From an uncultured bacterium (lineage in GTDB: Bacteria > Cyanobacteriota > Cyanobacteriia > Cyanobacteriales > Spirulinaceae), in NCBI GenBank assembly GCA_964397305.1, contig CAYNIP010000014.1, positions 31,430-63,429 of the forward strand: 32,000 bases of DNA, in the 5' to 3' direction. Both the position numbers and the translations under genes were made by a program. Positions 1 through 8,033 of this stretch are shown here, piece after piece (the stretch's first letter is position 1; each line of letters starts with the position of its first letter). The notes below the pieces were generated by a model that had not been told where the DNA came from, ran no database searches, and saw nothing but the letters and a program-made list of their open reading frames with translations.

Positions 1-92
1 GGTCTCATGCCCAGGTCGCCTTGCTGTATATGGTGTTAACGGTCCTCTGCTGCCAGGCCGCCATCTGGGTTCCTCGCTCAGGGGTGATCTAG
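1..92 (+). CDS. 3' end of an upstream gene (partial; hydrophobic C-terminus, product unknown)
   Basis: Frame 3 is open from the window edge to TAG at 90-92 (SHAQVALLYMVLTVLCCQAAIWVPRSGVI*). Its third codon positions are mostly G/C, like the confirmed genes here, and the other + frames show weaker bias. It is too short for a family call. Confidence 0.3.
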   Translation, partial: SHAQVALLYMVLTVLCCQAAIWVPRSGVI

Positions 93-158
93 GCTACAGA
101 TTTCACCGATACTGATAAGGTCTCCTGCTGCCGACCTTGAGCCCCTTTTAACCCGGCT

Positions 159-2087
159 ATGCGCCTTCCCTTGCCGACCATCTCGATTTACCGCCTCGGG
201 CACTTGGTGCTGGATGGCAGCGTTGCTTGGCTTGCCAGCACCCTCGCCTTCTGGCTCCGCTTTGAGGGCCTGCTGCCGCCGGAGTATGCGGCGATGGCCG
301 TCTGGCTGCCCCTAGCGGCGATCCCCGGTCGGCTGGCAGTGCAAGCGGCCTGGGGACTCTACCAGCAGATCTGGCGGCTGTTTGGCATCAAAGACACGCT
401 GACGATCGTGGTCGCGGTCAGCACCTACTCGCTGCTACTGCTGCTCGCTACGGCGATCGCCCTGCCCCTCCGCTTGCCCCTCGGAGTCGCGGCGATGGAC
501 TGGAGCTTTTGCCTCATGGCCATGGTGGCCCTGCGCTATGCCCGCCGCTGGTCGATGCGTCGCCACAAGTTCAGTGCCTACACCTACCGCGCCCCCCAGG
601 CCGAACGCCGTCGCGTCTTGCTAATCGGCGCGGGCATTGCCGGGGGGCAATTGGTGCAGGAAATTCGCCAAAACCGGCACCTGAATCTGGAGATCGTCGG
701 TTTTGTGGACGATGACCCGACGAAGCTCGGCCGACGAGTTGAGGGGGTGAAGGTGCTGGGCCCCACCCGGGATCTCGTGGCGATCGCCCGCTACCACCGC
801 GCTGAGGAGGGTCTGATCTGTATGCCCTCCGCCGAGGCCAGCCAAATTCGCAAGCTGGTGGCTCTGGCCCGGAGCACCTCCCTGGCTCTGAAGGTGCTCC
901 CCAGTTCCGCCGAGCTGCTGCGCGATCGCTCCCTCGCACCCCAAGTCCGGCCTGTGCAGATCCAAGACATCCTCGGTCGCCCCGAGGTGCAGCTCGACTT
1001 TGACCAAGGCTTTGATACCCCGTTTCCCAGTGCCCGCGCCCAAGTGCAAGATCGCGTCGTCCTGGTCACTGGCGCTGGGGGCACGATTGGCTCCGAGATC
1101 TGTCGCCACCTTGCCCAGCTTCAGCCGCGCCACCTGTTGCTCCTCGGGCGGGGCGAAAACAGCATCTTCAATATTGAACAAGAGTTGCGCGGCCGCTTTC
1201 CCCACCTGACCCTCACGCCTCTGATCGCCGACATCCGCCACCAGGATCGCCTCCGCCACCTCCTCGCCACCTACCAGCCGGAGCTACTCTTCCACGCCGC
1301 CGCCCATAAGCACGTCCCCCTGATGCAGGGCAATCCCACGGAGGCTTTGGCCAACAATGCGATCGCCACCGCTCACCTGGCTCGCTTGGCCGCCCAGCAG
1401 GGGGTCGCCACCTTTGTGGCCATTTCCACCGACAAGGCCGTTGATCCCTGCAATTTCATGGGCCTCAGTAAGCGCTTGGCCGAGTTGCTGGTGCGGGCCC
1501 AGGCCGATGACCCAGCGAGTCGCTTCCTGGTTGTCCGGTTTGGCAATGTGCTCGGCAGTCGGGGCAGTGTTGTGCCCATTTTCCAGGCTCAGATCGCGCG
1601 GGGCGGCCCCGTCACCGTGACGGATCGCCAAGTCACACGCTACTTTATGACCACTCCGGAAGCCTCTCAGTTGGTGATTCAGAGCTTGGCCGTAGGCGCC
1701 TCGGGGCAAACCTTGATCCTGGACATGGGGGAGCCGGTCAATATCTACGATCTGGCCGAGCAGATGATTCACCTAGCGGGCTTCACCCCCAATCTGGAGA
1801 TTCCGATCGCGATCACCGGCCTACGTCCGGGGGAAAAGCTCCACGAAGGTCTGGTGGCCACGGGGGAAGTGATCGCCCCCACAGCCCATCCTCAGATCGT
1901 CGCTGTTCAAAGCTGCCAACCCAGCCGAGCCACGGCCGACGCCGTGATCGCGCGGCTGGAGGCAGTCCTCCGCCAGCCCCCCGAGCCAGAGCAGCTCTGG
2001 GCGATCGCCCAAGCTTGCGCGGCGGAACTGGAGGCTCAGACCAGAAGCCTGACCGGCCCCAACGGAGCCAAATTTTCCTCACTGTAG
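159..2087 (+). CDS. Membrane-anchored polysaccharide biosynthesis protein, CapD/WbpM/PglF-type nucleotide-sugar 4,6-dehydratase/epimerase
   Basis: 642-aa ORF. The N-terminus has hydrophobic TM segments. Two Rossmann glycine motifs are present (VLLIGAGIAGGQLV and VLVTGAGGTIGSEI), followed by SDR-like FHAAAHKHVP and ISTDKAV segments typical of CapD-family dehydratases. Confidence 0.85.
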   Translation: MRLPLPTISIYRLGHLVLDGSVAWLASTLAFWLRFEGLLPPEYAAMAVWLPLAAIPGRLAVQAAWGLYQQIWRLFGIKDTLTIVVAVSTYSLLLLLATAIALPLRLPLGVAAMDWSFCLMAMVALRYARRWSMRRHKFSAYTYRAPQAERRRVLLIGAGIAGGQLVQEIRQNRHLNLEIVGFVDDDPTKLGRRVEGVKVLGPTRDLVAIARYHRAEEGLICMPSAEASQIRKLVALARSTSLALKVLPSSAELLRDRSLAPQVRPVQIQDILGRPEVQLDFDQGFDTPFPSARAQVQDRVVLVTGAGGTIGSEICRHLAQLQPRHLLLLGRGENSIFNIEQELRGRFPHLTLTPLIADIRHQDRLRHLLATYQPELLFHAAAHKHVPLMQGNPTEALANNAIATAHLARLAAQQGVATFVAISTDKAVDPCNFMGLSKRLAELLVRAQADDPASRFLVVRFGNVLGSRGSVVPIFQAQIARGGPVTVTDRQVTRYFMTTPEASQLVIQSLAVGASGQTLILDMGEPVNIYDLAEQMIHLAGFTPNLEIPIAITGLRPGEKLHEGLVATGEVIAPTAHPQIVAVQSCQPSRATADAVIARLEAVLRQPPEPEQLWAIAQACAAELEAQTRSLTGPNGAKFSSL

Positions 2088-2088
2088 A

Positions 2089-2162
2089 CGGGCCAGGAGG
2101 GATTCGAACCCCCGACACCGTGATCCGTAGTCACGTGCTCTAGTCCACTGAGCTACAAGCCC
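2089..2162 (-). tRNA. tRNA-Arg (anticodon ACG)
   Basis: The minus-strand 74-nt sequence folds by hand as a cloverleaf: GGGCTTG/TA/GCTC-AGTGGACTA-GAGC/A/CGTGA-CTACGGA-TCACG/GTGTC/GGGGG-TTCGAAT-CCCTC/CTGGCCC/G. The D and anticodon stems are perfect, the T-loop is the canonical TTCGAAT, and the anticodon loop CU-ACG-GA gives Arg. The acceptor stem has one U-G pair and one U-U mismatch (positions 6:67). CCA is not encoded. The 3' end lies 1 nt from the capD-like stop codon. Confidence 0.85.
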
Positions 2163-2231
2163 TTAATAGCCGAAGCGTTAATTCTTCAGCTTTGACACTA
2201 TAACACACCCCACCCGGGAGATGACAAGCCC

Positions 2232-2726
2232 ATGTCCACCGATTCGCCCGCTCCCCGCCTCAGTCACCTCGATTCCCAGGGCCAAGCCCAGATGGTGAAC
2301 GTGGCCGCCAAGCCCGTGAGCCGCCGGGAGGCGATCGCCCGCGGCCAGGTTCGCATGGCCGCCACCACCCTGGCCGCCATCGAAGCGGGCAATACTCCGA
2401 AAGGGGACGTACTGGCCACGGCCCGCCTAGCCGGGATCATGGCGGCAAAGCAGACCAGCCACCTGATCCCCCTCTGCCATCCTCTGCCCCTCCAGCAGGT
2501 GACGGTGGACCTGGAGCCCGATCCGACCCTGCCGGGCTACCACATTCGCGCCACGGCGATCGCCACCGCGACGACGGGCGTGGAAATGGAGGCCCTGACG
2601 GCGGTCAGTGTGGCGGCTCTGACGCTCTACGATATGGCCAAGGCCCTGGATCGGGCCATGAGTATTGAAGCCATTTGCCTCCAGTCCAAGACCGGGGGGC
2701 AATCGGGAGACTACCAGCGGGCCTAA
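2232..2726 (+). CDS. moaC: Cyclic pyranopterin monophosphate synthase MoaC (molybdenum cofactor biosynthesis)
   Basis: 164-aa ORF with the typical MoaC layout: LSHLD...QMVNV..K..S.R.A.A.G, then [30 protein letters not shown], then [21 protein letters not shown]. Confidence 0.9.
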   Translation: MSTDSPAPRLSHLDSQGQAQMVNVAAKPVSRREAIARGQVRMAATTLAAIEAGNTPKGDVLATARLAGIMAAKQTSHLIPLCHPLPLQQVTVDLEPDPTLPGYHIRATAIATATTGVEMEALTAVSVAALTLYDMAKALDRAMSIEAICLQSKTGGQSGDYQRA

Positions 2727-2747
2727 GGGCTCCCCCGCTCCCAGCGG

Positions 2748-3845
2748 TCAGGTGTGGACCGGCAAATAGCCTTCAATGAGGAAATCAGGGGCGATGACTT
2801 GGCAGGTTGCCCCTTCCAGGCGCAAGGCCTCGGTCATGCTCTTGAGACCGAGATCGCCGACGGGGGTGGGAGCGCCCAAACCGCCGATGATTTTCGGCGC
2901 GATGAAGGCCATCACCTTCTGCACCGCCCCGTCAGCGATCGCCCGAGCTGCCAGCAATCCCCCACACTCCCACATCACCTGCATAAAACCACGGTCGTAG
3001 AGATTTGCCATCACCGCCGCCGGTTCGAGAGCGGACAGTTCGACCACCTCAACCCCGCGCTGCATCAGAAGACGTTGCAAGGGCAGGTTTGCCCCCATCT
3101 CCGTAAAGACCAGGGTTGACACGGCTTCGGTATGCCAGAGGTTGGCCGTCACGGGCAAGTCCAGCTTGCGGCTCATGACCACCCGCAGGGGATTGCGATC
3201 GCTCAGGCCGTGCGTCGTCAAGCGGGGATTATCCCGGCGCACCGTGTTACCGCCAATGATCACGGCATCGGCCGCGGCCCGCTGCTCATAGACCCGTTGC
3301 CGCGCCTTCTCGCTGGTGATCCAAGCACTGTGGCCCGTCGAGGCGGCAATCTTGCCGTCTAGGGTCATGGCATATTTCAACAGGCCGAAGGGGCGCTGAT
3401 AGCGCGTGCGGTGAATGAAGGCCTCGTTGAGCTGGCGACAGGCCGCTTCCTCAACGCCGACCGTCACCGCGAGGCCGGCCGCTTGCAACTGGGCGAGGCC
3501 GCCCCCGGACACGCGCGGGTCGGGATCAACGAGGCCCACCACAACCCGCGCCAAGCCAGCGGCCAGAATCGCCTCGGTACAGGGTGGAGTGCGGCCGTAG
3601 TGACAGCAGGGCTCTAGGTTCACGTAGAGGGTCGCCCCTCGCGCCTGCTCCCCCGCCGCCTTCAGGGCAAAAATCTCCGCATGGGGCTGTCCAGGGCCGG
3701 GGTGAAACCCTTCCCCCACCACGGTTTCCCCCTGAACGATCACACAGCCCACCAGCGGGTTCGGGGCTGTTTTGCCCCGGGCCCGCTGGGCAAGCTGGAG
3801 GCAGCGTCCCATCATCTCGCGATCCAATTCGGCAGAGGCTGGCAT
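2748..3845 (-). CDS. ribD: Bifunctional riboflavin biosynthesis protein RibD (pyrimidine deaminase / uracil reductase)
   Basis: 365-aa ORF. The CDA-type zinc motifs HAEIFAL and PCCHYGRTPPC are present. The C-terminal reductase half carries KYAMTLDGKIA and the GGLGAP region. Its ATG lies only 12 nt downstream of the Uma2 gene stop. Confidence 0.92.
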   Translation of the reverse strand: MPASAELDREMMGRCLQLAQRARGKTAPNPLVGCVIVQGETVVGEGFHPGPGQPHAEIFALKAAGEQARGATLYVNLEPCCHYGRTPPCTEAILAAGLARVVVGLVDPDPRVSGGGLAQLQAAGLAVTVGVEEAACRQLNEAFIHRTRYQRPFGLLKYAMTLDGKIAASTGHSAWITSEKARQRVYEQRAAADAVIIGGNTVRRDNPRLTTHGLSDRNPLRVVMSRKLDLPVTANLWHTEAVSTLVFTEMGANLPLQRLLMQRGVEVVELSALEPAAVMANLYDRGFMQVMWECGGLLAARAIADGAVQKVMAFIAPKIIGGLGAPTPVGDLGLKSMTEALRLEGATCQVIAPDFLIEGYLPVHT

Positions 3846-3857
3846 AGGGGCGATCGC

Positions 3858-4763
3858 TTACGTGAAGGAATCTGGATCGAGACCTTGAGCCCGCAGGAGG
3901 GCGGCTAAGCGTTCGGCCCGCTGGCGTTCTTGCTCGGCCCGCTGGCGTTCTTGCTCGGCTTGCTGCTGGGCCTGCTCGGCCCGCTGGCGTTCTTGCTCGA
4001 CTTGCTGCTGGGCCTGCTCGGCCCGCTGGCGTTCTTGCTCGACTTGCTGCTGGGCCTGCTCAGCTCGCTGGCGTTCTTGCTCGGCTCGCTCGTCGCCCGT
4101 GAGCAAGACCTGACCTTGGCGATTCTCCTGCGGCGATGCTTCGCGAACGCACCAGCGCAGCCAACGATCCCAGGTGCGATCCTCAAACGTTCCCGACCAG
4201 AGGGTGAGCCCTAGGGGCCAGGGATCGAACCAGAGGTCGGCGAGGGGCTGATAGACCGCTCCCACCAGTTGATAGGCCTGAAGGATGGTTTCCCCCAGTT
4301 GTTGCAGCGGGTCAAACACGACGTAGTAAGCGACGCGGGCCTGGGCGTAGTCTTCCAGCTTACTTCCCAGTTCGTTGCCGACCTTGTTAGAGACGATTTC
4401 AATCACAATATCGGGCGGCTTGCCCAAGTTCCAGACAAAGTAGGAACGGTTGCCCTTTTTGCCCCAGTCCTCCGGGGCTTCTAGGCCGAAGCTCACCATG
4501 ACATCCGGCACAATCACGGGCTGATGAGCCTTGTAGTAGAGGCCGACGTTGGCCACCGCCAAGAAGGGCTGCTGGTCCGGCAAGGAGCTGTAGAGGCACG
4601 TGGTGAGTAAGCGCTGTTGCTTTTCTGACAGCAGGTTGTCCACGGGGGTATCGTCTTCGGTGATGTACTGCTCTGGGTCAGGAATCGGGACCTCAACCCA
4701 ATCCTCGAGGATCACCTTATCTTGGCGGTATTGGTATTGAATCTCTGGCTTGGCTAGGGTCAT
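3858..4763 (-). CDS. Uma2-family (DUF820) putative endonuclease with C-terminal Gln/Glu/Arg heptad-repeat tail
   Basis: The core resembles the cyanobacterial Uma2/DUF820 restriction-endonuclease-like family (TEDDTPVDN...PDVMV...PDIVIEIVS...K...Y...GV.EYWV-type layout: PPDIVIEIVSNKVGNELGSKLEDYAQARVAYYVVFDP). I chose the start at M31 of the track ORF (ATG 4761-4763, MTLAKPEIQYQ), because the longer form would overlap the prfB 3' end. The tail is EQERQRAEQAQQQV repeated. Confidence 0.75.
   Translation of the reverse strand: MTLAKPEIQYQYRQDKVILEDWVEVPIPDPEQYITEDDTPVDNLLSEKQQRLLTTCLYSSLPDQQPFLAVANVGLYYKAHQPVIVPDVMVSFGLEAPEDWGKKGNRSYFVWNLGKPPDIVIEIVSNKVGNELGSKLEDYAQARVAYYVVFDPLQQLGETILQAYQLVGAVYQPLADLWFDPWPLGLTLWSGTFEDRTWDRWLRWCVREASPQENRQGQVLLTGDERAEQERQRAEQAQQQVEQERQRAEQAQQQVEQERQRAEQAQQQAEQERQRAEQERQRAERLAALLRAQGLDPDSFT
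3915..4082. repeat. In-frame tandem repeat, eight 21-nt units (two alternating unit types, 42-nt period) inside the Uma2 gene tail
   Basis: GGCCCGCTGGCGTTCTTGCTC starts at 3915, 3936, 3978 and 4020, with a variant at 4062. It alternates with G(G/A)CTTGCTGCTGGGCCTGCTC at 3957, 3999 and 4041. On the minus strand this encodes (EQERQRA)(EQAQQQV) heptads. Confidence 0.9.
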
Positions 4764-4794
4764 GGCGGGTCTCTCCTGGGGGGGTGCAAGGCCG

Positions 4795-5920
4795 CTAGGC
4801 CATCTGGGTTTCTTGGCGGAGGTAGGCTTCGATGAAGGGATCGAGGGCGCCATCCATGACTTCGGCGATCGCCGTTGTTTCCTGATTGGTGCGGAGGTCC
4901 TTCACCATTTGGTAGGGATGGAAAACGTAATTGCGAATCTGGTTGCCCCAGGCTGCTTCCACGATGTCGCCGCGAATTTCGGCAATTTCCTGGGCCCGCT
5001 GCTCCTGGGCAATGACAAGGAGCTTGGCCTTGAGCAGGGCGAGGGCCTTCTCTTTGTTTTGCAACTGCGATCGCTCCTGAGTGCAGCGAACGGCTAGACC
5101 CGTGGGCAGGTGAACCACGCGCACGGCCGTTTCCACCTTGTTGACATTTTGACCGCCCTTGCCGCCGGAGCGCGACGTGGTAATCTCTAAGTCCGGTTCG
5201 GGAATCTCGAGGCTAACGACCGACGCATCCAGGGCCGGCATGACATCGATGCCCGCAAAGCTGGTCTGGCGCTTGCCGTTGGCATTGAAGGGCGAAATTC
5301 TCACCAACCGGTGGGTTCCCTTCTCGGATTTCAGATAGCCAAAGGCGTAGCGGCCGCTGATTTCCAAGGTCGCCGATTTGATTCCAGCCTCGTCGCCTTC
5401 AGAAAGTTCCGTGAGCTGGACGCTGTAGCCTTGGCGTTCCGCCCAGCGCTTGTACATCCGCAGCAACATTTCCGCCCAGTCTTGGGCGTCAGTGCCGCCC
5501 GCGCCGGCATTGATCGTCAGCACCGCTCCTTCGGCATCGTACTCCCCCGAGAGGAGTCGGCGCAGCTCCCAGCGATCCAGTTCGCGGCTGAGCGTCGTGA
5601 GATTCTCCGCTGCTTCGGTCAGTAAAGCGGCGTCAGTTTCTAGCTCCAGCAGTTCGACAACGGCCTGACTATCTTCCCAGGTCTGCTGCCAGGTGTGGTA
5701 CTGCGCTAGGCTAGCTTTTAGCTCGCTCAGTTCCCGTAACGTTGCCTGAGCAATTTCCTGGTTGTCCCAAAATTCGGGCTGAGCAGCGAGCGCTTCGAGA
5801 TCGTGAATTTTAGCGTTGAGGGCCGGCAGGTCAAAGATACTCCTGGGTTTTACCCAGGCGCTGCGACAAGGTTTCTAGATCTCGCTTCAGGTCGGTCAGT
5901 TCCAGCAACGTATCACCCAC
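4795..5920 (-). CDS. prfB: Peptide chain release factor 2 (RF2), expressed via programmed +1 ribosomal frameshift
   Basis: The track ORF 4795..5523 carries the SPF (RISPFNANG) and GGQ (SGGKGGQNVN) motifs. By hand translation the same frame stays open upstream to 5832 (DLPALNAKIHDLEALAAQPEFWDN...). A short frame-0 ORF runs from GTG 5920 (GAGGA 8 nt upstream; alternative TTG at 5908) and ends at the in-frame TGA of the CTT TGA C site: VGDTLLELTDLKRDLETLSQRLGKTQEYL*. Confidence 0.9.
5830..5844 (-). promoter_or_regulatory. RF2 autoregulatory +1 frameshift site (internal SD + CUU UGA C)
   Basis: The minus strand reads AGGAG TAT CTT TGA C. The SD-like AGGAG sits 3 nt upstream of the slippery CTT, followed by an in-frame TGA and then C. 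This is the canonical prfB recoding signal. Confidence 0.85.
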
Positions 5921-5933
5921 GTCGGCAATCCTC

Positions 5934-5962
5934 GTGACTCAATTTCCTACAATTCTTACAAT
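5934..5962 (+). promoter_or_regulatory. Candidate sigma-70 promoter for the recombinase-like gene (GTGACT-N17-TACAAT)
   Basis: GTGACT at 5934-5939, a 17-nt spacer, then TACAAT at 5957-5962. The ATG at 6013 lies 51 nt downstream. Sequence pattern only. Confidence 0.3.
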
Positions 5963-6012
5963 ATTGTATCGCTGCCAACGAGCGCTGGGTTTGCCCGCCC
6001 CCCTCTGAACCG

Positions 6013-7329
6013 ATGCGAATTGTTGCCTACTGTGCCTGCGATCCCTTGCTGGAAGCTGCGCCCTTAGTGTTGCCGCCGGGTTTAGCGATCGCTCAGGTGT
6101 ATTGCGATCGCGACGTTCGCGCAGCGTCTCCGCCGGAGAATCGCCAGCAGTGGCAGCAGTTGCTGGCCGAGGCTCGGCAGGAGCCCCTCGATTACCTGTG
6201 GGTGCGACAGCTCGCCGACTTGGGGGAGGATTTGGCCGCCGTGGGCGATCGCCTCGCCGCTTTACAGGTCCTGGGGATTGAACTCTTGGTGGCCACCGCC
6301 ACGACCCCCGAAGTAGCCCTCAGCCCTGAGTTTCTCCGCCTGCTGGAGCAGGTCCAGGCCGAGCAGCGCCGCCGCGCCCTGCGCCGGGGCCATGCCCGCA
6401 ATCGGCTCCAGGCCTTGCCGCCGCCGGGCAAGGCCGCCTATGGCTACCGGCGCGGCCAGGATCGCTACCGGCTCGACCGCAGCACGGCCCCCGTGGTCAA
6501 GGCCTTTTTTGACCGTTACCTGCTCTACGGCTCCCTGCGAGGGGCGGTGCGCTACTTGGAGCAAAAGTTTGGCAAGACCATTTCCCCCACCACAGGCCGC
6601 CGCTGGCTGAGCCATCCCATCTATCGCGGTGATACCCAATACATCACCGGCGACGTGATCCCCGACACCCACGCGGCGATCCTCAGTCGTGAGGAGGCAG
6701 CCCAGATCGACCGCCTCCTGCGCCGCAATCGTCGCCTGCCCCCCCGCACCGCCAGCGCGCCGCGATCGCTCGCCGGTCTGGTGCAATGTGCCCGCTGCCA
6801 GTCGCCCTTGACCGTGGCCCGCGTCACCCGTCGCCAGGGTGTGCGGCGGGAGTACCTCTACTTGCGGCCCCAGGCTTGCCCCCAGCAGCCCCCCTGCCGG
6901 GCCTGGTCCTATGAGGCCGTGTTCCAGGCGGCGATCGCCCACATCTGCCAAGCGCTCCCAGCGGCCGTGGCCGCGGCCCAGACCCCCGATCCGGCGGTCC
7001 TCCAGGGGGCGATCGCCGCCCAAGTGGCGGCTAAGGAGCAGATTCTCGCTCAGTTACCGGCCCTGGAGCAGCAGGGGATTCTTGATGCGGACACAGCCGC
7101 CCTGCGCCGCTACCGGCTACAAGCCGAGTTGGCCACCTTGCAGGCCCAGGTCGCCCAGTTGCCGCCTGCGAGCCTGGGGGCGATCGCCGCCAACGTCTCG
7201 CTGCCCCAGTTTTGGCTCGATCTCTCGGAGGCCGAGCGTCGCTTTTACCTGCGGGAGTTTGTGCGAGAGATCAGGGTAGAGCGCTTAGCGGACGGCCGGG
7301 TGGCTGTGGCGGTGCAGTTTGTGTTCTAG
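6013..7329 (+). CDS. Large-serine-recombinase-like protein with substituted catalytic residues (probably non-catalytic)
   Basis: 438-aa ORF. Residues ~140-230 resemble the recombinase domain (YGYRRGQDRYRLDRSTAPVVKAFFDRYLLYGSLRGAVRYLEQKFG...GRRWLSHPIYRGD). A Cys-rich zinc-ribbon region follows (CARCQSPL...CPQQPPC), then a long Ala/Gln coiled-coil and an FxREFVREIRV C-terminus. The N-terminal resolvase-like domain lacks the nucleophile motif (see findings). Confidence 0.7.
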   Translation: MRIVAYCACDPLLEAAPLVLPPGLAIAQVYCDRDVRAASPPENRQQWQQLLAEARQEPLDYLWVRQLADLGEDLAAVGDRLAALQVLGIELLVATATTPEVALSPEFLRLLEQVQAEQRRRALRRGHARNRLQALPPPGKAAYGYRRGQDRYRLDRSTAPVVKAFFDRYLLYGSLRGAVRYLEQKFGKTISPTTGRRWLSHPIYRGDTQYITGDVIPDTHAAILSREEAAQIDRLLRRNRRLPPRTASAPRSLAGLVQCARCQSPLTVARVTRRQGVRREYLYLRPQACPQQPPCRAWSYEAVFQAAIAHICQALPAAVAAAQTPDPAVLQGAIAAQVAAKEQILAQLPALEQQGILDADTAALRRYRLQAELATLQAQVAQLPPASLGAIAANVSLPQFWLDLSEAERRFYLREFVREIRVERLADGRVAVAVQFVF

Positions 7330-7370
7330 GGCTGGGCCCTCTAAATCTCCCAATTCTGGGAGACTTTCAA

Positions 7371-7664
7371 TTAGGAGGAGGGCTTTTGGGCCTCTAGGAG
7401 CGCCTGGCGAAAGCCCAGCACGACGAAAATATTGGACAGGGTGAGAAAAAACTCAGCGCCCCCGTGCAGCCAATCAACGTTAGCCAGGGAGACCCCGAGG
7501 ACCCGTTCGGCGTAGAGGCCGGCCGGGATCGTGATCGCCACAAACAGGAGCAGCAGGTAAAAGCCGATCAGGGCCAGGCGTGGGGTGCGACCGGAGCGGG
7601 TCATGAACCAGAGGAAACCAAGGTAAGGAAAGAGGGAGAGGGCGAAGAGGGCGTTTTTGTCCAT
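7371..7664 (-). CDS. Small integral membrane protein, DUF3593-like (cyanobacteria/plastid-lineage conserved)
   Basis: 97-aa ORF with three predicted TM helices (LFALSLFPYLGFLWFM, LALIGFYLLLLFVAITIPAGLY, FFLTLSNIFVVLGF). It lies 15 nt downstream of the DUF2499-like gene on the same strand. I recognise this pairing from cyanobacterial genomes. Confidence 0.6.
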   Translation of the reverse strand: MDKNALFALSLFPYLGFLWFMTRSGRTPRLALIGFYLLLLFVAITIPAGLYAERVLGVSLANVDWLHGGAEFFLTLSNIFVVLGFRQALLEAQKPSS

Positions 7665-7679
7665 CGGTTCAAGGCTCTA

Positions 7680-7997
7680 CTAGGGTTGTTCGTGAGAGTC
7701 GGCGGCCGCCGTGCCCCGCCAGAGACCCCAGGCGGCGAGACAGAGGGCCCCGTTGGCCCCGAGGGTTAGGGCCGCCTGGGTCGTCACCAGCCAGTCCAGG
7801 TCGGGGGCGTTGTCAAAGAAGTGCCAGGTACAGGCACACAGGGCACTGGCGAGGGCCGGGAGCATGGCGATCGCCAGGCCGTACCAGCGGCGATCGCCCT
7901 GGACTTGGCCATAGCGCCCGATGAGCCAGATGGCTGCGATCCACTCGAGGACGCTGGCGATGTGAATGATCCAGGTGGGGATGGAGAGGGCGTGCAT
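7680..7997 (-). CDS. Small integral membrane protein, DUF2499 / Ycf49-like
   Basis: 105-aa ORF. MHALSIPTWIIHIASVLEWIAAIWL...WYGLAIAMLPALASALCACTWHFFDN resembles the Ycf49-like family. It has three TM helices. Confidence 0.6.
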   Translation of the reverse strand: MHALSIPTWIIHIASVLEWIAAIWLIGRYGQVQGDRRWYGLAIAMLPALASALCACTWHFFDNAPDLDWLVTTQAALTLGANGALCLAAWGLWRGTAAADSHEQP

Positions 7998-8033
7998 GGG
8001 GAGTTAGGGAGGAGGAACGATGGCAACGAAGCC

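Noticed and set aside
621-1259. 212-aa ORF antisense to the capD-like gene, plus several other overlapping ORFs between 509 and 1772
   Set aside because: This is a shadow ORF on the opposite strand of a gene with clear Rossmann/SDR motifs. The product is low-complexity, Ala/Gly/Arg-rich, with no recognisable motif. Such ORFs are expected in GC-rich DNA, where stop codons are rare.
2163-2231. Moco riboswitch upstream of moaC, and FMN riboswitch upstream of ribD (3846-3857)
   Set aside because: The moaC spacer is only 69 nt and is shared with the tRNA-Arg upstream region. The ribD spacer is 12 nt. Neither can hold a 130-nt or larger aptamer.
6262-7023. 253-aa ORF antisense to the recombinase-like gene
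   Set aside because: The product is Gly/Arg/Ala-rich with no motifs, while the sense strand carries recombinase-domain and zinc-ribbon signatures. I treat it as a GC-driven shadow ORF.
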